Shown here piece after piece: positions 34,715 through 40,694 of a stretch of 40,694 bases of DNA. The DNA is taken from positions 1 through 40,694 of the forward strand of contig KE560844.1 of the NCBI GenBank assembly GCA_000442015.1, read 5' to 3'. The position numbers were made by a program, and so were the translations under genes. Numbering within the stretch: position 1 is the stretch's first letter; the number at the start of each line of letters is the position of its first letter. This stretch comes from Rozella allomycis CSF55 (lineage: Eukaryota). The notes beneath the pieces are model-generated. The model did not search any database and had not been told where the DNA came from. It saw only the letters and a program-made list of their open reading frames with translations.

Positions 34715-35686
34715 CTTCGTAATACTATTTACCCTATGGAGCATGATCCCCTAACAGCGTGTTCGCAAGAGTCTTTTTTAGCTATTGTTACTGAGAGTGG
34801 AGAGCCTTTTGATTATGATGTTTTGTCGGAAGTCCCAAAACCGCAGCATTTTCTAACTCAATGTATTCATACATCCAGTAAGAACAGTCTCATGTCCACG
34901 TCTTTAAATGATCGTGAAAAAGCCCGCCTCCACTCAGTTTCCATTAACTACTCTGGTGCTTTTTTGAATGTGGTACCTATTAAAAGTTTGGGTCTTGCTA
35001 TTGAATCCAAAGTTTTTTCGGCTGCTCTTCGTTTACGTTTAGGACTTACCCAGTACCAAAAAAGTTCTATTTGCCCTGTTTGCTTTTGTCATAGTGATGA
35101 AATGGGAGATCATTCTATCGCCTGTGCCTCAGCTGAACGTATCGAAAGACACAATGACATTGTGCGTGTGTCCGCTGCCGTAGTACGCGATGTTGGCGCT
35201 AGAGTTGATTTGGAACCTTCTAGATTATTTCCTGATGATAAGAAACGTCCCGATTTTACAATCGCTTCCTGGAATGGTGAATTTACTGCTTTTGATGTGT
35301 CTGTTGTCTCGCCTTTTACCTCATCCAACCCAGGAAAGGCAGCAGGAAACATTGGAGCTCATCTTAATTTTGCTGCGATTAAAATGGAAGAGAAATACAG
35401 TGAAGAACTTTCAGTGTTAGGAGCAGGGTTTATTCCTCTTATTTTTGATGCTTTAGGGGGGTTTCCATGATTCAGCGGTTTCGTGGGCAAAGAAGGTCGC
35501 TTTGCTAAAGTCCATTCGCCGTGGCACTTCATTTTCGGCAGAAAAAGAGCACTTGATTGAACACATTAGTGTATCCTTAGCGAAATACCTTGGCTTTATG
35601 ATTGTGTCAAGAACCCCGGAACCAACTTAGAAATATTCCTCTGGCTTTACATTCGTCTACTAAATAAAATCTTTAACGATTTAAAA
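34715..35686 (+). mobile_element. 5'-truncated non-LTR retrotransposon with restriction-like endonuclease (CRE-clade-like), frameshifted
   Basis: Intronless. SGAFLNVVP, ALRLRLG, zinc knuckle CPVC..DEMGDHSIAC, RHNDI, RPD..FDVSV..K (PD-D/ExK), FIPLIFDALGGF. One-base frameshift near 35460 continues HDSAVSW..HISVSLAK to TAG 35630. Short A tail and AAATGAG at both flanks; no RT domain present. Confidence 0.85.
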
Positions 35687-35718
35687 AAATGAGTTTTTCT
35701 AAATACGCTGCGTTTTAT

Positions 35719-37492
35719 TTATTGAATTATTTTCATTTCTTGTAAGTTTACCGAAGGAAAAGCTTCAATTTCTTTCTTCAAAATTGGTTGACTTGAACAA
35801 ACTTGGCATTCTTTTAATTTGTTGATATCAACATGGACAAAATTATCAATTAAATAACCGTCAGAAGCACATCGTGTTAAAGGTCTGTTACTGGTTGAAT
35901 TTATAATGCTCAACAAGTTTGTTTTACTTCCAATATTTTCAAACACACTTGCGTAAGTAGCGGCGACTGGATCATTGGTAACCCTTAATAGAAAGTGAAC
36001 CGTGGAAGGAATTAAATTATAATTTTGAAGAATTTCAACAAGATTGTCATGTTTGTGAAGTTTTAGTTCGGTCTTTTCTTTGATTAACATTTAATAAAAA
36101 GTTTACCTCGCGATTCATTCTCTTTGATAACTACCAGTTCATAATCTTTCCCTTTTTCACGAATCAAATTGAATTTAGGAAGGATAAGATGAATCACATC
36201 TCGAACTTTCATTAAAGAATCAACAGCGATAGTTTTGTAACTTTCCATTTTCCCATGACCTAACGTGTCTCCTTCCGTGTAAACTCTAATAAAGAAGTTA
36301 GTTTTCTCTGAATAATTAACTCTTTTATTCAAAATAAAACGAATTCCTTTCATGGCACCAAGTTTCTTTGAGTCAGAGACTCCCCATAAACTACCCAATC
36401 GGCTATCATCATTCTTGGCAATGTTAGCTCTGTGAACTGAAGATATATTTGCTTGATTGAGCATTTCAAAAAACGAAGAAGTGCCGGCATCAATATCTCT
36501 ATTTAAAATACTTTCAAATACTTTTTTGAAATGCGCATTTCGATCCAACACCAATTCTTTAAATTTAGCTTTTAACTTTTATAGAATTATTTACGGTTTT
36601 CAATGTCAACTACTGTCAAAAAATAATCGGACGCATCGTTGTTAAGAATGAATCTGTCCACAGCTAACTGAACAATATCATCAATTGTAGTTGTCGGTGT
36701 CACAAGCACAGTTTTGTAAAGTGAGTCTGTGGCACAAGTTGAACTCGCAAATATTCTCAATATTTGAACATTGGTCTATATTTCACAAAAACATTTAGTA
36801 GTTACATCTTTTAAAATTTTCTTTTTCGGTTTTCTAGATATCTGTTTCACAATCTTTTAAAATAAGAAAATATAATCGTACATTTGAAAATAACACAGAC
36901 GTTTTAGATTTTCTTCTTGGTGCGTCAGTTTTAGGACTCGGGGGAATAGATGATTCTTGTTCTGATTCTCGGAAGCTTCTTTCACTTTCCTCTTTATCTT
37001 CAATCTCAATTTCTTCCGATTCATCTTCAAAAGAATCAGACTCCAGTTCACTTTCATCTTCCTCTATTATGCTATTCTCTTCATCATTGTAAATAATTCG
37101 ATATTGAATTCGAGCGCTATCAAAAGAAACTGATTTCGATATATTTCTGCCTTTAATAAAATCATCATAATTCTCTTCATCGCGGAATCCTGTGACCTAA
37201 AAAATACAATTCACAAATTTACTTCAACGTTTTTATCTTTATTAAATCTCGCTACTCTTTCATTTTCATTTTCCAAATTCTCAGCTGGTACATAGCCAAC
37301 CTCTCCAGATTTTAATGAACGTACGAGCCACCAGTATGAATTGCTATCATCAAGTAATGTTAACACATCGTTTTTATACACCGTTATTTGCCCTTCAAGA
37401 CTAGCCACAAAAGTTTTGATTGCATAAAAACATTCCCCATGTTTTCTATTGGGATCTTCTGAATATGACGAGGTGGAGGATCTTCTTTGCAT
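35719..37492 (-). CDS. SH3 + Ras-association domain protein, Bud14/Tea4-like polarity factor
   Basis: SH3 YAIKTFVASLEGQ..LLDDSNSYWWLVR..GEVGYVPAENLE, KSVSF (RVxF-like PP1 docking), two RA-like units (LRIFA..YKTVLV; IRVYT..YKTIAV); 5 introns. Confidence 0.78.
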
Positions 37493-37617
37493 TGCGGTTG
37501 CCAAGGAGGAAATTTTAAAAAACTTTCATCTACTACCACACAGTACCTTAACTGAAAAATTCTAGTTCGTATTTATGAAATTTCCTATGTAACCCCTGGT
37601 TGAAGAAAAATCTTAAA

Positions 37618-37817
37618 ATGGTTCACTCAAACGTTTGGAACTCACATCCACGTCGCTTTGGAAAAGGCTCAAGAGAATGGTAAAAATATATTTTATTTTT
37701 TATTTTAGCCGTCTTTGCAGCCACGGTGCTGGTTTGATTCGCAAGTATGGATTGAATCTCTGTCGTCAATGTTTCCGCGAAAAGTCTGCTGATATTGGTT
37801 TCAAGAAATACCGTTAA
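37618..37817 (+). CDS. RPS29: 40S ribosomal protein S29 (uS14)
   Basis: [45 protein letters not shown]; one 29-nt intron. Confidence 0.97.
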
Positions 37818-37871
37818 GCACAATAAATCATAGTAATATTCTAGAAAATGCTTTATTGTTTAAAATTGAGG

Positions 37872-39603
37872 TCAACTTGAGAGTGATTCCCATATGGAGG
37901 CCACTTTGGAAGTGACAGATGATGAAACTTGGTTTAGTTTATCTTTTGTTTCATCGCTGTACAAAGATCCTGTCCCTGAATACTATTAAACCTTACCGAA
38001 AGTAGTCGATACTTTTGACTTCATACTATTAGCAATTTTGTCTAAACCAGACTCTTTTATTTTTGAGGACACCTCGGACACCAAATTCTGTAGGGTTGAT
38101 CGTTGATTAACAGGAAATCTAATTGTTAATATTGGAAAGAGTTGTTTACCCAGGCTCGTACATTTCATGCAGTAAAGGCGACGATTTCATATTCCACCTA
38201 TGGAAATTACCAGTATTCTGCCATTTATGAATGAAATTTAAATTGAAAGATTCCAAGTTGATGATTTCTTTATGAACAGATACAAAATTGATCACCATCA
38301 GTAGCAATATCATTTGACGACTTTAAGGACTGAAAATATCTAAACGTTGAAAAGAACGACAAGAGGTATTTTTGAAAATATCGCCTTATTTCATCTTCAA
38401 TTCTATTTATCAGTACAATATCATCTATTTTACGAAACTAAGCAATTTACCCAAATCATCAGGAAATTGAGATAAATAAAGACATATTTCTTCTATAAAA
38501 TGATTATCGTTGGTTGACAAGACAAAGTCATCTTGATCTTTCAAATCGATCACACCAGTGTCGACATTGAAGAATACGTCGTAGTTGAAAAACTCTACTT
38601 TTAGTAATATAGTATTGGTAATTCCAATGAGAAAATGGTTTAAAGATTTGGTGCAAACATAGTCTATTTCGTTCAAGGGGATATATGGCTGCAAAACTGC
38701 GTTATCCTACTATAAGCCAAGTAATAATCACATACTCTGTCAAATATGACTAATGGTAGTCCATTAGATTGCGTGTGTTTAGATTCTCTAGGTGGAATGA
38801 GCTGACAAGTCGCTGAAGAATGTCGAGGCACCGAATTAGTTATTGACAAGTCTATCGCAGGCAGAAGACTCATCAGGGAATGCACAACTTGAGAAAGTGT
38901 ACCTGAATAAGCGGAATAAATAACAATCTATATTGATTCAAATTAATATTGTCTACTCTTTTCTCCAATAGCATTAGTTTGAATAGCAAAAGAATATTTG
39001 ATTTGTAAAGTGGTACAATGGTCCTTAGAACAGTTCCTCTACAATTCAATCAATGTGATTACCATCCAAAAACATATCGGCACTAAAAGCCTTGCTATTC
39101 AGCATCTGATACACTTCCTCTAAAATTTTGGTATCAGTGAGATCGTCTTGTTTCATATAAGCCCTCAGCGCAATTTCCACTTTGCTCTTTACGAAAGAAT
39201 TAGCAGGGTTGGTAGAAACGACCACGATAGCTTTTTGGATTGAGCTTCTAGTAATTTCTTTGGTTACGGAGATTGGCGCTAATTGCGATACTGGGATCTG
39301 GGCAATGCAGGAAACAGCGAATAGACATGATTGGTCGGGGAGGTCCATTTCTTTGGTGACTGGGAGATGAAAGTAGACATGTTCTGCTGATTTTTGGTGT
39401 GAGCCCTCTGTTATTTAAAAGAAAGGAGAGTACCTGGTAAACTGAAAAAGGCTAGATTTTTCCAAGCGTGTGATAGATGGTTTGTAAAGGACTGTGGATA
39501 TATTTGTTGAACCTTGATGTTAATTAATTATGCTGAATACGTTTGGACCGAGAGTGTGATGGAATTCGATGAGGGCCACTGCAACAATAGCGCCTTTTTC
39601 CAT
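37872..39603 (-). CDS. AVL9: Late secretory pathway protein Avl9 (DENN-related)
   Basis: EFHHTLGP, LAFFSLPEGSH, LFAVSC..QI, ITRSSIQKAIVV, LFKLMLLEKRIV, GLPLVIF, QPYIPL, FLIGITN; 9 introns. Confidence 0.9.
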
Positions 39604-39634
39604 TTTGAAAATTCGCAAAGGGACAATATAAGAA

Positions 39635-39893
39635 AAGCCATCGCCAGGAGCCTATAACATTTCCACTCTCGTGAAAACTCCTATACGAGGTAGCTTTCCT
39701 TTAGATACTCAAGGATTAGTCCAAGAACTTTGATCATTCTATTCTTTGTAGAAGAGGCATGCGAGACTATTTAAAATGTCGAATGGACAACGATTTAATG
39801 GATAAAGAAGATATGGCTCGACTTGGATTTGCAGATCTAGAAGAAGAAGAAAGAGAGGAAGAAATAATAAGAAAGCTCCGAGAAAGTTTTTAG
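39635..39893 (+). pseudogene. COX19: COX19-like, apparently defective
   Basis: TPIRGSFPLDTQG and CRRGMRDYLKCRMDNDLMDKEDMARLGF match Cox19, but there is no in-frame ATG (AAG at 39635), the first CX9C helix is missing, and the two parts are out of frame. Confidence 0.72.
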
Positions 39894-40087
39894 TTTTATT
39901 AAGCTTATACACAATTGAATAAATTCAATTCATGGTAAAAAAGAGTTATTTAAAAATACATTGTAAGCTTTACGCTAGTAAGTAATTATATTTAAACTTC
40001 TTTTCAAAAATACTTTAAAAGATCAATTTACGTTTTGATTTCGGCTTCGTCCAATGTTTCTTTTTTTAATAAGTTAAAAAAAATTAT

Positions 40088-40174
40088 NNNNNNNNNNNNN
40101 NNNNNNNNNNNNNNNNNNNNNNNNNNNNNNNNNNNNNNNNNNNNNNNNNNNNNNNNNNNNNNNNNNNNNNNNNN
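40088..40174. other. Scaffold gap
   Basis: Run of N. Confidence 1.
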
Positions 40175-40315
40175 CCTAGGTAAAATATTTGATTTTAGTT
40201 TCCTAAAATATCATTAGGATTTAGGAATTAGGATAAAGTCTAAAATGTAAAAGTTTAATCTTGATGATCATGATTGTAAATTTAGAAAAAGGCAAACCTT
40301 GGAATAACCCCTGTA

Positions 40316-40694
40316 ATGGAAAGAGGAATGAAGAGAATATCTAGCGACTCTGAAGAAAAGTCAGTGAAAAGGGCCAAAATAGACATTAGCAAAAGTTTCC
40401 TGTTTGAATTTTTAATCAACTTTGAAAATAAATACGGTAAACCTGAAAGAGAAAAACTAGAAACAACTTTAAAGAACAAGAACTTGGATGAAAAGGCGGA
40501 ATACCTGAAAACAGAGTTCACAGAGGAATGGGACAAGGTTGTTCGAATTAGAGAAATTAAAGTGATTGTTGAAAGTGTAGTTGGCAGGCCTGATGGGTGT
40601 ACGAAGATTGTTGATCGTATTCCTACCACCTCAACGGATCAATGGAACATAGACTCTTTGAGGAAGGACTTGAATGATATGATCAAAGATGAGG
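40316..40694 (+). CDS. Partial ORF of unknown function, open to the window end
   Basis: MERGMKRISSDSEEKSVKRAKID... stays open for about 126 codons with no stop; the true start may lie upstream. Confidence 0.5.
   Translation, partial: MERGMKRISSDSEEKSVKRAKIDISKSFLFEFLINFENKYGKPEREKLETTLKNKNLDEKAEYLKTEFTEEWDKVVRIREIKVIVESVVGRPDGCTKIVDRIPTTSTDQWNIDSLRKDLNDMIKDE

Noticed and set aside
1-40694. U12-type (AT-AC) introns, tRNA or rRNA genes
   Set aside because: No convincing RTATCCTT donor at a required junction and no recognisable structural RNA; intergenic spaces are mostly too small. A covariance-model search was not possible.

Overview
Eukaryotic, AT-rich, very compact genomic DNA. I count about 20 protein-coding genes split by roughly 110-130 tiny spliceosomal introns (mostly 25-32 nt, traced by hand). 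Gene content includes flagellar SPAG16/PF20, the kinetochore protein Rod/KNTC1, fungal-type Gde1, Bsd2, Loa1/Vps66 and a Bud14/Tea4-like protein. This points to a zoosporic early-diverging fungal relative, and Rozella/Cryptomycota is my inference. Order: RTEL1(-), ACY1(-), GDE1(+), ATP3(-), RRP42(+), SPAG16(-), WD40(-), coiled-coil(+), BSD2/NDFIP(+), small basic protein(-), COA6(+), FUM1(-), hypothetical(+), WD40(-), signal-peptide zinc-finger protein(-), KNTC1(+), RCL1(-), RanBP2-ZF(+), LOA1(+), truncated CRE-type retroposon(+), SH3-RA(-), RPS29(+), AVL9(-), COX19 pseudogene(+), gap, partial ORF. The most striking signal is the splicing system. Four independent genes are best explained by non-canonical GT-TG introns of the normal length, one of them inside the invariant fumarase GGTAVGT|GLN motif with no AG available. 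AGs closer than about 25 nt to the donor are skipped, and one intron looks like two 27-nt introns joined by a zero-nucleotide exon. Together these suggest length-guided 3' splice-site selection with a relaxed -2 position. Also notable: two divergent gene pairs with ATGs exactly 17 bp apart, a putatively secreted C2H2 zinc-finger protein, a retroposon inserted at a stop codon, and a GC-skew inversion inside the AT-rich Rod gene. All splice models are predictions without transcript data.
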